Assembly (NCBI GenBank): GCA_042571405.1
Contig: JBHPHU010000003.1
Location: forward strand, 3,838-67,837
Origin: Candidatus Omnitrophota bacterium
GTDB taxonomy: Bacteria; Omnitrophota; Gorgyraeia; Gorgyraeales; Gorgyraeaceae
Length of the DNA stretch: 64,000 nucleotides
Direction of reading: 5' to 3'
Shown here: positions 29,436-38,548 of the stretch, piece after piece
Position numbering within the stretch: position 1 is the first letter of the stretch
Layout: each line of letters starts with the position of its first letter
Program-made: the position numbers and the translations under genes
Notes under the pieces: model-generated
The model's database searches: none
The model's input: only the letters and a program-made list of their open reading frames with translations
Told to the model about the DNA's origin: nothing

Positions 29436-30272
29436 ATGAACTATGTAAAGACAGGCATTCTATTAGTCCTTTTGACAATGCTTTTTGTGTGGATAGGCGG
29501 TTATTTCGGAGGCCAGTCAGGCGCGACGTTCGCGTTTGTGTTTGCGCTTTTGATGAATTTTGGCGCGTATTGGTTTAGTGACAAAATAGTGCTTGCTATG
29601 TATAAGGCCAAAGAGGTTTCTCCGCAGGAAGTCCCTGAACTCTATAACATAGTCAGGAACCTGACTTCCAATGCAAAACTTCCCATGCCAAAATTATATA
29701 TAACTCCGGAAAATTCTCCCAATGCCTTTGCAACGGGCCGCAACCCAAAGCATTCAGCGGTATGCGTTACGCAGGGTATTTTGAATCTTCTGAATCGCGA
29801 AGAATTAAGGGGCGTTATAGCCCATGAATTATCGCATATAAAAAATAGAGACACATTGATAATGACTGTCGCGGCTACCATTGCAGGGGCGATTACTATG
29901 CTTGCATACTGGGCAAGATGGGCTGTGATATTAGGAGGAAGAGGAAGGAATAAAGACAGTAATATGATCGGACATATTTTTATGCTTATAGTCGCGCCTA
30001 TTGCGGCAATGCTTATACAGCTTGCGATATCGCGTTCCAGGGAATACGCGGCTGATAAAAGGGCTGTGTATATCGCGAAAGACCATGCGGGTCTTGTGGG
30101 CGCGCTTTTGAAATTAGAAAAAGGAGCGCATAGTCATCCTATGCAGGCAACTCAGGCAACCGCGCATCTTTTTATAGTAAATCCATTGCGCGGTCAATCG
30201 CTGGCAAAACTTTTCAGCACGCATCCGCCAATACAAGAAAGAGTAAAAAGACTCCAGAATCTTACTTTGTAA
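29436..30272 (+). CDS. htpX: Zinc metalloprotease HtpX
   Basis: PNAFATGR, HELSH, SRSREYAAD, FSTHPP; start ATG 29436. Confidence 0.93.
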   Translation: MNYVKTGILLVLLTMLFVWIGGYFGGQSGATFAFVFALLMNFGAYWFSDKIVLAMYKAKEVSPQEVPELYNIVRNLTSNAKLPMPKLYITPENSPNAFATGRNPKHSAVCVTQGILNLLNREELRGVIAHELSHIKNRDTLIMTVAATIAGAITMLAYWARWAVILGGRGRNKDSNMIGHIFMLIVAPIAAMLIQLAISRSREYAADKRAVYIAKDHAGLVGALLKLEKGAHSHPMQATQATAHLFIVNPLRGQSLAKLFSTHPPIQERVKRLQNLTL

Positions 30273-30276
30273 TCGC

Positions 30277-30328
30277 TAAGTATACATCTCGCCTAAGGCG
30301 GATGTATACTTATCCGCCTTAGGCGGAT
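30277..30328. repeat. Tandem CCGCC-TTA-GGCGG hairpins
   Basis: TAAGTATACATC..GATGTATACTTA IR plus ATCCGCCTTAGGCGGAT; same core at 58720-58746. Confidence 0.65.
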
Positions 30329-30360
30329 TGTGGGTAACTTTAATTTAGGAGGAGGGAAAT

Positions 30361-31368
30361 ATGCCAGATTTTACACAAAAATATGGGCAGGATATCAGAG
30401 AGATTAATGAAAAGGTCAAACAGGCTAGTCTTTTTGTTCAGCAGATCAATGCTGAACTTTCAAAGGTCATTGTGGGTCAAAAGGATGTAGTGGACAGACT
30501 CATGATAGCGCTTCTTGCGAATGGCCACATATTGATCGAAGGCGTGCCGGGCCTGGCAAAAACGCTTGCTGTAAAAACTCTTTCAAAATGTATCCAGACA
30601 AGATTTCAACGCCTTCAATTCACGCCTGACCTATTGCCGGCTGATTTAATCGGCACACTTGTTTATAATCCGAAAGACGGAAAATTTACTACCAAGAAAG
30701 GCCCTATATTTTCAAATCTGATCTTAGCTGATGAGATAAACAGGGCGCCCGCAAAGGTGCAGAGCGCGCTTTTAGAGGCAATGCAGGAACGCCAGATCAC
30801 AATAGGAGAGAATACCTTTAAATTAGATGATCCATTTCTTGTCCTGGCCACTCAAAATCCAATAGAGCAGGAAGGCACATACCCGCTTCCGGAAGCGCAG
30901 GTCGACAGGTTTATGCTCAAGATAAAGATGGACTACCCTAATAAAAAAGAAGAAAAAGAAATCATGGAGCGTATGGCAGGACATCAGCCGTCCGATGTAA
31001 AATCAGTTGTTTCTCCGCAGGATATTATAAAGGCCAGAGAGATAGTCAGCCAGGTCTATATAGACGATAAGGTGAAGGATTACATAGTAGATCTTGTCTA
31101 TGCCACAAGGAGACCTGAAGAATATAATCTGGACATAAAAAGCCTGATTTCATATGGCGCGTCTCCTCGAGCGTCTATATATTTAAATATAGCCAGCCGC
31201 GCGCATGCCTTTATCCGTGGCAGAGGTTATGTAACACCCGAAGATGTAAAGGAAATTGGCATGGATGTCCTGCGTCATCGCATTATAGTGACTTATGAAG
31301 CAGAAGCAGAAGAAATGACAAGCGAAGATATAGTAAAACGCGTGTTTGATGAGATAGAAGTACCATAA
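30361..31368 (+). CDS. MoxR family AAA+ ATPase
   Basis: EGVPGLAKT, QFTPDLLPAD, LADEINRAPAKVQSALLEAM, ATQNPIEQEGTYPLPEAQ. Confidence 0.95.
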   Translation: MPDFTQKYGQDIREINEKVKQASLFVQQINAELSKVIVGQKDVVDRLMIALLANGHILIEGVPGLAKTLAVKTLSKCIQTRFQRLQFTPDLLPADLIGTLVYNPKDGKFTTKKGPIFSNLILADEINRAPAKVQSALLEAMQERQITIGENTFKLDDPFLVLATQNPIEQEGTYPLPEAQVDRFMLKIKMDYPNKKEEKEIMERMAGHQPSDVKSVVSPQDIIKAREIVSQVYIDDKVKDYIVDLVYATRRPEEYNLDIKSLISYGASPRASIYLNIASRAHAFIRGRGYVTPEDVKEIGMDVLRHRIIVTYEAEAEEMTSEDIVKRVFDEIEVP

Positions 31369-31370
31369 TA

Positions 31371-31453
31371 CGGGTAATGGGTAATGGGTAACGGGTAACG
31401 GAGATAAAATAATATTTTACTTTCGTATCCCGTTACCCGTATCCCGTATCCCG
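31371..31453. repeat. Inverted pair of heptamer tandem arrays
   Basis: (YGGGTAA)x4 at 31371-31398 facing (CGTATCC/CGTTACC)x4 at 31424-31451. Confidence 0.8.
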
Positions 31454-31459
31454 AAACAC

Positions 31460-32338
31460 ATGCTTCCCAAAGAAATCCTTAAAAAAATTCGGCAGATAGA
31501 GATTCGTACAGGCAGGCTAGTGAATGACGTATTTGCCGGTAAGTACGAGTCTGTCTTTAAGGGCCGCGGCATGGAATTCCACGAGGTGCGGGAATATGTG
31601 CCGGGTGACGACATCCGCTCTATTGACTGGAATGTGACGGCCCGCGCAGGCAATCCATACGTAAAAAAATTCGTGGAAGAAAGAGAGCTCACGGTTTTGC
31701 TCATGGCAGATCTGAGCTCATCAGGCCATTTTGGCACAAAAAACAAACTCAAAAAAGAGATAATGGCGGAGATAGGCGCGGTATTGGCATTCAGCGCTAT
31801 AAAAAACAATGATAAGGTAGGACTTTTGCTTTTTACAGACCATGTAGAAAAATTTATTATGCCTAAAAAGGGAAGAGCTCATGTCCTAAGGGTTATACGA
31901 GAATTATTGTACTATAAGCCCAAAGGCAAAAAGACCAATATCAACACTGCTATTGAATATCTGGGAAAGGTTTTAAAAAAGAAGGCCGTAATATTTCTAA
32001 TATCGGATTTTATAGATTCTAATTATGAAAAGCGCCTGAGGATCTTAAACAAGCGGCACGATATCGTAGCTATCCCGATCTCTGATCCGAGAGAAACAGT
32101 TCTTCCTGACGTGGGACTCATAGAATTCGAAGACGCGGAAACAGGCGAAATTCTTTTCATGGATACCGCAGACGCTTTGCTGAAAAAGGAATTCACAAAA
32201 AGAAAACACTCTTTTATAGAGGAACGCAACAGGATATTTAGATCCGTAGGAGTTGATTCCGTAGAGATATCTACAGACAAACCCTACATAAAACCCCTTA
32301 TGCTTTTTTTCAAGAAACGCGCCAAAAGATTTAGATGA
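31460..32338 (+). CDS. DUF58 protein
   Basis: GMEFHEVREYVPGDDIRSIDWNVTAR, EERE, ISDF. Confidence 0.92.
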   Translation: MLPKEILKKIRQIEIRTGRLVNDVFAGKYESVFKGRGMEFHEVREYVPGDDIRSIDWNVTARAGNPYVKKFVEERELTVLLMADLSSSGHFGTKNKLKKEIMAEIGAVLAFSAIKNNDKVGLLLFTDHVEKFIMPKKGRAHVLRVIRELLYYKPKGKKTNINTAIEYLGKVLKKKAVIFLISDFIDSNYEKRLRILNKRHDIVAIPISDPRETVLPDVGLIEFEDAETGEILFMDTADALLKKEFTKRKHSFIEERNRIFRSVGVDSVEISTDKPYIKPLMLFFKKRAKRFR

Positions 32339-32347
32339 GGATTGGGA

Positions 32348-32830
32348 ATGGATGATATAAGGCCTTTAAAAGGTCCGGTGGATATAGCAGGCGGATTGCA
32401 GATCTGGCCATTGATTATATTAATTGCGTTGATTATCGCGAGCGCGCTTATTTTTATTTACCTTAAGAAAAAAAGAAAAACAAAGGAAGAGGTCTTTGTG
32501 TCGCCCCGACCTCCTGAAGAAATTGCGATGGAAGCTCTAAGGGCTCTTCTGGAGATGAAATTGATCGAAAAGGGCCTGATAAAAGAATACTACATAAGAC
32601 TTTCAGACATTATCAGGACTTACATAGAGGCAAGATTTAAGATATTCGCCTTGGATCGTACAACATGGGAACTCTATCAGGAAATGCGGATAAAAAAAAT
32701 TGAAAGAAAAGAAACTGACAGGATAAGGGATTTTCTTGAGGACTGTGATATTGTAAAATTCGCAAAGTATATTCCATCGCGGAAAGAGATACAAGACGCA
32801 TATCTCAAGGCAGAGGAGATCGTAAAGTGA
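32348..32830 (+). CDS. Bat-operon single-TM protein
   Basis: DIRPLK, TM helix, TTWE, DIVKFAK; operon position. Confidence 0.75.
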   Translation: MDDIRPLKGPVDIAGGLQIWPLIILIALIIASALIFIYLKKKRKTKEEVFVSPRPPEEIAMEALRALLEMKLIEKGLIKEYYIRLSDIIRTYIEARFKIFALDRTTWELYQEMRIKKIERKETDRIRDFLEDCDIVKFAKYIPSRKEIQDAYLKAEEIVK

Positions 32831-32831
32831 T

Positions 32832-33821
32832 ATGAGATTTGCCAGCCCTTTATTTTTAATACTACTTGGCATTATTCCTCTAATGGTCTGGGATTATTTC
32901 AGGCGCGGCAAAGACCGTGAAGCGAGTCTTTTATATTCCGATCTTTCCATTATAAAAGATATGCGGCCTGGCCTTCGCGTCAGATACAGGCGCATGCCAA
33001 TTATTTTGAAGATGGCTGCTATATTTATCTTTATCCTTGCCCTGGCAAGGCCTCAGGCAGGCCAGGTAGAAGAGGAGATTATTACAGAAGGCATTGATAT
33101 TATACTTACTCTTGATACCTCCAGCAGTATGAAGGCAGAGGATTTTAAACCGCAAAATAGATTGGGCGCAGCCAAAGAGGTAATGGGCAAATTTATTAAA
33201 TCAAGAAAGAATGACAGAATAGGCCTTGTGGTTTTTTCAGGAGTCAGTTTTACTCAATGCCCGCTTACTCTTGATTATGGGGTGCTTTTGGATCTATTGG
33301 ACAAGATAGAGATAGGCATGATAGAAGACGGCACTGCCATAGGTACCGCGATCGCGAATTCTGTTAACAGGCTCAGGGATTCCCAGGCCAAAAGCAAGAT
33401 CATTGTCCTGCTTACAGATGGCATCAATAATGCGGGAAAGATAGACCCTCAAACAGCGGCAAAAACAGCAAAGGCGCTCGGGGTAAAGATATATACTGTA
33501 GGCGCCGGCAAGCCCGGAGGGGCAATGTATCCTGTGGATCACCCTATATTTGGAAAAAGATACGTGCAGATGGATACAGAGATAGATGAAGCGCTTCTCA
33601 AAGAGATTGCCAAAGATACAGGCGCCATGTATTTCAGGGCAAAGGACGAAAAAGGCCTTGAGGAGATTTACGAGACTATAGGTAAGCTTGAGAAGACCGA
33701 GATAGAGACAAAAGAATACGCGAACTATACAGAACTTGCAGGCAGTTTTATCCTGCCGGGATTTATAATTTTCCTGGCAGGTATTACATTGGCAAATACT
33801 GTGTTTAGGAAGATACCTTAA
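32832..33821 (+). CDS. batA: BatA-like VWA protein
   Basis: MRFASP, LARP, DTSSSM MIDAS, GTAIG, LLTDG. Confidence 0.88.
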   Translation: MRFASPLFLILLGIIPLMVWDYFRRGKDREASLLYSDLSIIKDMRPGLRVRYRRMPIILKMAAIFIFILALARPQAGQVEEEIITEGIDIILTLDTSSSMKAEDFKPQNRLGAAKEVMGKFIKSRKNDRIGLVVFSGVSFTQCPLTLDYGVLLDLLDKIEIGMIEDGTAIGTAIANSVNRLRDSQAKSKIIVLLTDGINNAGKIDPQTAAKTAKALGVKIYTVGAGKPGGAMYPVDHPIFGKRYVQMDTEIDEALLKEIAKDTGAMYFRAKDEKGLEEIYETIGKLEKTEIETKEYANYTELAGSFILPGFIIFLAGITLANTVFRKIP

Positions 33822-33824
33822 TAT

Positions 33825-34826
33825 ATGCACTGGGGCGCTCCGATATATCTTAATTTTCTTTTGTTGATTCCTGCGCTAGCGGTCTTTTTTATCCTTGTCT
33901 CAATAAGGAAAAAGAGGGCGCTTGAAGTATTCGGAGACAGGGATCTACTCCAGCGGCTTTCTGTTTCAAAGAGCGTAGCCAGGGAAAAGGCTTCCAGGAT
34001 TTTAATTCTTATAGCAGCATGTTTTTTAATAATTGCTCTTGCGCGGCCACAAATAGGCACCCGCCTTACTATGTCCAAGCGTCAGGGCGTAGATGTCATG
34101 ATAGCCATAGATGTATCTTCAAGTATGATGGCGCAGGATATAAAGCCGAATCGTTTGGAAAAGGCAAAGCTCGAAGTCGCCTCTTTAATAGATAAGTTAA
34201 AAGGCGACAGGGTGGGCATCCTCACATTTTCAGGAAAGAGTTTCATCCAGTGCCCGCTCACCCTTGACTATAATGCGGCAAAGATGTTTTTAGGGATTGT
34301 AGAGCCAGGCATGATACCCAGACCCGGAACTGCCATAGGCGATGCCATAGACAAGGCTGCTGAGGCATTTGTCAAGAAGCAGCGAAAGCACAAGGTACTG
34401 GTTTTGCTGACAGACGGAGAAGATCACGAGACCAATCCAATAAACTCAGCCAAAGAGGCAAAAAAACAAGGCATAGTCATATATACTATAGGCATAGGTA
34501 CCAGTAAAGGAGAGCCTATACCTTTGATTGGGAAATCCGGAAATGTCACAGGATATAAGAAGGACAATGCCGGTGAAGTAATTATGACAAAGCTGGACCA
34601 TGCAGCGCTTCAAAAGATAGCTCTTTTGACTGACGGGAAATACTATAATGCGAGCCCAGGGGAATTTGAGCTGGATAAGATTTACGGTGAGATTAGTAAG
34701 ATGCAGAAAAAGGAACTTTCAAGCAGGCTTTTTACCCAGTACGAGGACAGGTTCCAGTATTTTTTGGGCATAGCGCTTCTTCTTTTGTGTATTGAATTTG
34801 CCATGGGAGACAGAAAAAGGTTATGA
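33825..34826 (+). CDS. batB: BatB-like VWA protein
   Basis: LARPQIG, DVSSSM, LTDGED. Confidence 0.85.
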   Translation: MHWGAPIYLNFLLLIPALAVFFILVSIRKKRALEVFGDRDLLQRLSVSKSVAREKASRILILIAACFLIIALARPQIGTRLTMSKRQGVDVMIAIDVSSSMMAQDIKPNRLEKAKLEVASLIDKLKGDRVGILTFSGKSFIQCPLTLDYNAAKMFLGIVEPGMIPRPGTAIGDAIDKAAEAFVKKQRKHKVLVLLTDGEDHETNPINSAKEAKKQGIVIYTIGIGTSKGEPIPLIGKSGNVTGYKKDNAGEVIMTKLDHAALQKIALLTDGKYYNASPGEFELDKIYGEISKMQKKELSSRLFTQYEDRFQYFLGIALLLLCIEFAMGDRKRL

Positions 34827-35611
34827 GGTCTATATTAATTATTTTAATATCTTTTTGCCTTGTAGGTTGGATATTTCAAAGCGATGCGGCAAGAAAAAAC
34901 AAAGAGGCAAATAGATTATACAGCGAAGACAAGATTGACGATGCTTTATCAAAATGGCGGGATGCTCAAGTAGATAGTCCTGAAAAAAAAGAGCTGCATT
35001 ATAATATAGGCGGCGCGCTACACGAGCAAAAAAACTATGAAGAGGCCTCCGGCGAATATGAAAAGGCATTGGATGCGAAAGATGATGAACTCAAAGCCAA
35101 GACGTATTATAATATTGGAAACACGTATTACAGAATGGGCAAGTTACCCGAAGCAATAGAAGGTTATGAAAAGTGCTTAGAAATAACGCCTGATGATGAA
35201 GATGCGAAGTATAATATAAAGTTTATCAAAGAAGAAATAGAAAAGCAGAAACAAGAACAGCAGAATCAGGGCGAGCAAAACGAAGAAAAACAAGAACAGC
35301 AGCAGGAAGACCAGCAAGACCAGCAAGAGCAAAGGTCACAACAGCAACAGGGTCAAGAGAAACAAGAGTCGCAAGCTGAAAGCCATAAGCCACAAGAAGA
35401 AGGTGAAGAAGAAGAGAAGCAAGCCTTGAAAGAAGAAGATAGCGAGCAACAGGAGAGCGACGAGCGGCAAGCGATGAGCGGTGAAAAAGAGATGTCAGAA
35501 GAAGATGCCATGCGACTGCTTGATGCATTAAAAGACGACGAAAAAGACCTGCAAAAGGAATTAAGGATCCAGCCAGCAGAAGGCAGGTATAGAGTAGACA
35601 AGGATTGGTAG
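34823..35611 (+). CDS. batC: BatC-like TPR protein with Q/E-rich linker
   Basis: TPRs (YNIGNTYY), low-complexity tract, terminal KDW. Confidence 0.85.
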   Translation: MRSILIILISFCLVGWIFQSDAARKNKEANRLYSEDKIDDALSKWRDAQVDSPEKKELHYNIGGALHEQKNYEEASGEYEKALDAKDDELKAKTYYNIGNTYYRMGKLPEAIEGYEKCLEITPDDEDAKYNIKFIKEEIEKQKQEQQNQGEQNEEKQEQQQEDQQDQQEQRSQQQQGQEKQESQAESHKPQEEGEEEEKQALKEEDSEQQESDERQAMSGEKEMSEEDAMRLLDALKDDEKDLQKELRIQPAEGRYRVDKDW

Positions 35612-35713
35612 TTCTTGACTACGCTTGAACAATATTGGACTCTGAGTGACGTCGGAGGGCTTCGAGTGAGCGAAGCAAGAGCTTACTAAATATTCTTCGA
35701 GCTTGTCGAGAAG
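35609..35713. repeat. REP-like element, copy 2
   Basis: TAGTTCTTGAC..GCTTGAACAATATT..AATATTCTTCGAGC..GTCGAGAAG. Confidence 0.7.
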
Positions 35714-35722
35714 AATGATATT

Positions 35723-37579
35723 ATGAAAATTAAGAAATTTTTATTTATAATTTTATACTTGTCCGTAGTTAGTGTTTGTTACGCTCAGGATATCTCTATA
35801 TCTGCCAATGTAGACAAGCAGGAGATAACTCTGGATGATCAGATCATTCTTAACATAGTTGTAAGCGGCAGTATTTCAAATATTCCACAACCAACAATTC
35901 CCAGCCTGGATGGGTTTACCGCGTATTCTTCAGGCAGGTCACAGAACGTCTCAATTATAAACGGTCAGATAACAAGTTCGGTTTCTTTCAATTATATGCT
36001 TGTTCCCAATGATGTCGGTAAATATGTCCTGGGCCCGTTCAGTATCGAGTATAAAAATAATACCTATTCAGCTGAAGCAATAGATGTAAAAGTATTGCCG
36101 CGCTCTGCCCAGCCAACAGCGCCGTCTTATTCCACCCCTGATTATAATGACGGGGAGCAGGGAGCGGCGAACGGGTCACGGGAAACGGGTCACGGGAAAC
36201 GGGAACTATTCATCGAGACCTACGTTGATAAACTCAGGGCTTATGTTAATGAGCAGATAACTTTGACGTTTGCTTTTTATCAGGCAGTAAATCTATTCGA
36301 AAACCCCGCATATAATCCGGCTTCGACCATAGGTTTCTGGACAGAAGATATGCCGCCCCAGAAAAAATACTACAAAATAATAAACGGCACAAAATATCTT
36401 GTCACAGAGATAAAGACAGCGCTTTTTGCGACAAGTCCCGGAGAATTTACCATTGGTTCAGCGAAGCTAGAGGCAAGCGTAGAAGACCTGGAAAGATTTT
36501 CCTCTCGCAGCCCTTTTGATATATTTGACAGGGATCCATTCAGTATGTTCAGGAGAGGAAAGCCTGTCATACTTACTACAGATCCAATAAATGTAGAGAT
36601 ATTGTCTTTACCGGAAGAGGGCAAACCCCTGAACTTTAAAGGTGATGTAGGCACTTTTGATATCGACGCAACTATAGATAAATACACGGTTGAGGAAAAC
36701 CAACCTGTAACGCTAAAAATTACAATAAAGGGAAAAGGGAATATAAAGACGATTTCCTCCCCTGTTATTCCGGAAAATCCGGATATAAAATTCTATGACT
36801 CAGGAAGCTCTGAAAATATATCCAAGGAAAACTATGTTGTCCAGGGAGAAAAGATATTCGAAAAGATGATCATACCGAAAAGTGAAGGCAAATTTACAAT
36901 AGGGCCTGTAGAATATTCTTATTTTGATCCTTCCCTGAAGAAGTATATTGAAATAAAAATAGACCCGATGACGATAAGCGCGACAGTATCAGAAGAAGCG
37001 TTACCAGCGACAATGCCTTTTTCAATGTCAGGGCTATCTAAAGAAGAAGTAAAGCTCTTAAAGAAAGATATATGTTATATCAAGACCCACCCTGCTAATT
37101 TCAGAAAAAAAGCGTCTTTTCTCTATGAGAATAAAGTATTTTATTTATTAAATATTCTACCGCTAGCGTTTCTTATATTCCTTTATATATACGAGCTCCA
37201 CAAGGAGAGATTGAGGACTGATATAGGATACGCGCGTTCGCGCAGGGCAAGAGGAGCTGCCTCAAAGAGGCTAAAGAAGGCGCAGCAGATTATGCTAAAA
37301 GATAGGGTGAAAGAGTTTTATGCCGAGATCTATAAAGCGGTAATAGAATATGTAGCGGATAAATTAAATATCCCGCACCCTTCCATTACAAAAGACCTTC
37401 TTGAAGAAAAATTAAAAGAAAAAGGATTCTCCGAGCAGCTTATAGAAGAACTAAAAGGCCTTTTCGATATTTGCGATATGGCCAGGTTTGCTTCAGTAAG
37501 CTTTACAAAACAGGACATGCATAAGTCGCTTGAAGAGGCAACTGATATAATTTCGGGACTCGAGAGAATAAGGCAATGA
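35723..37579 (+). CDS. batD: BatD-like protein
   Basis: Signal peptide, SIINGQ, GDVG.F, GKGNI, C-terminal TM. Confidence 0.85.
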   Translation: MKIKKFLFIILYLSVVSVCYAQDISISANVDKQEITLDDQIILNIVVSGSISNIPQPTIPSLDGFTAYSSGRSQNVSIINGQITSSVSFNYMLVPNDVGKYVLGPFSIEYKNNTYSAEAIDVKVLPRSAQPTAPSYSTPDYNDGEQGAANGSRETGHGKRELFIETYVDKLRAYVNEQITLTFAFYQAVNLFENPAYNPASTIGFWTEDMPPQKKYYKIINGTKYLVTEIKTALFATSPGEFTIGSAKLEASVEDLERFSSRSPFDIFDRDPFSMFRRGKPVILTTDPINVEILSLPEEGKPLNFKGDVGTFDIDATIDKYTVEENQPVTLKITIKGKGNIKTISSPVIPENPDIKFYDSGSSENISKENYVVQGEKIFEKMIIPKSEGKFTIGPVEYSYFDPSLKKYIEIKIDPMTISATVSEEALPATMPFSMSGLSKEEVKLLKKDICYIKTHPANFRKKASFLYENKVFYLLNILPLAFLIFLYIYELHKERLRTDIGYARSRRARGAASKRLKKAQQIMLKDRVKEFYAEIYKAVIEYVADKLNIPHPSITKDLLEEKLKEKGFSEQLIEELKGLFDICDMARFASVSFTKQDMHKSLEEATDIISGLERIRQ

Positions 37580-37580
37580 C

Positions 37581-38333
37581 ATGAAGAATATTATTTTATG
37601 TTTCGCGATAATTTTAATTTTTAGCAGCGTAGCGTTAGCCCAGTCGCCGGATGATGTCTATCGAAGGGCAAACTTGAGCTACGAGGATGAGGAGTATGAA
37701 GAAGCAGCGTCACTTTACGAGACGCTTATCCAGATGGATAAGGTTAACCCCGAGGTATTTTATAACCTCGCAAATAGTTTCTTTAAATTAAAGAAGATCG
37801 GCAAGGCCATTGTGAATTACGAACGCGCGTTAAGGCTTGCGCCGAGAGATAAGGATATACTGCTCAATCTTAAACTCGCGCGCTCAATGACGGTAGATAA
37901 AATAGAGACTCCGGAAAGAGGATTTTTGTTGAATTTTATTTTATTTCCGTACGATAGGTTAACTGTCAATGAACTGACGATTTTTGTCTCGGTCTTTTAT
38001 CTCTTGATAATTTTGCTTTTAATCTTTTCGATATTTTTTATTGAAAAAAGAATTGCCATTTTTTATAATGTTGGTATAATTACATTTTTATTGATCATAT
38101 TTTCGATCTTTCTAAGCTCAAAAATACGCAACGAGAATTTTGTAAAAGAGGCTGTAGTGGTTTCTGAAAAAGTCAATGTCAGAAGCGGGCCCAAGGATGA
38201 TTATCTTTTACAATTTACTCTGCATGAAGGCACAAAGGTTAGGGTAGTAGAAGAAAGACAGCTCTGGTACGAGATCGATCTCTCAAAGGATCTTCGCGGG
38301 TGGCTCCCTAAAGATAGCGTCGAGAGGATCTAA
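37581..38333 (+). CDS. batE: BatE-like TPR/SH3 protein
   Basis: YNLANS, YERAL, LHEGTKV, GWLP. Confidence 0.85.
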   Translation: MKNIILCFAIILIFSSVALAQSPDDVYRRANLSYEDEEYEEAASLYETLIQMDKVNPEVFYNLANSFFKLKKIGKAIVNYERALRLAPRDKDILLNLKLARSMTVDKIETPERGFLLNFILFPYDRLTVNELTIFVSVFYLLIILLLIFSIFFIEKRIAIFYNVGIITFLLIIFSIFLSSKIRNENFVKEAVVVSEKVNVRSGPKDDYLLQFTLHEGTKVRVVEERQLWYEIDLSKDLRGWLPKDSVERI

Positions 38334-38422
38334 GCTTTACGCTGTAGACCAAGTTTCCTCCTTCGTTAAAGCTGCGGAGAGACAAGTAAATCTAGTCTAC
38401 TTTTTCTACTATTTCCGTCTAA

Positions 38423-38470
38423 ACACAATATATAGTTGTTTCCCAGCCAGAAAATATCAATATATTGTAT
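38423..38470 (+). promoter_or_regulatory. Tandem NrdR boxes
   Basis: ACACAATATATAGTTG (38423-38438) and TATCAATATATTGTAT (38455-38470), 32 bp apart, upstream of an RNR gene. Confidence 0.8.
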
Positions 38471-38548
38471 TTTTAACTTGACTTGAAATTTTTAAGTGCT
38501 ATACTTTTTTAGTATTCTTAAAACAAAAAATTTTTAAGGAGGGTGAAC

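Noticed and set aside
31371-31453. Possible CRISPR array (also 57804-57905 and the REP copies)
   Set aside because: Units are 7-10 nt without unique spacers, and there are no cas genes; the helicase's Cas4-like nuclease is an AddB/AdnB-type fusion domain
35240-35480. Q/E-rich low-complexity tract with long antisense ORFs
   Set aside because: Normal BatC linker; the antisense ORFs are shadows
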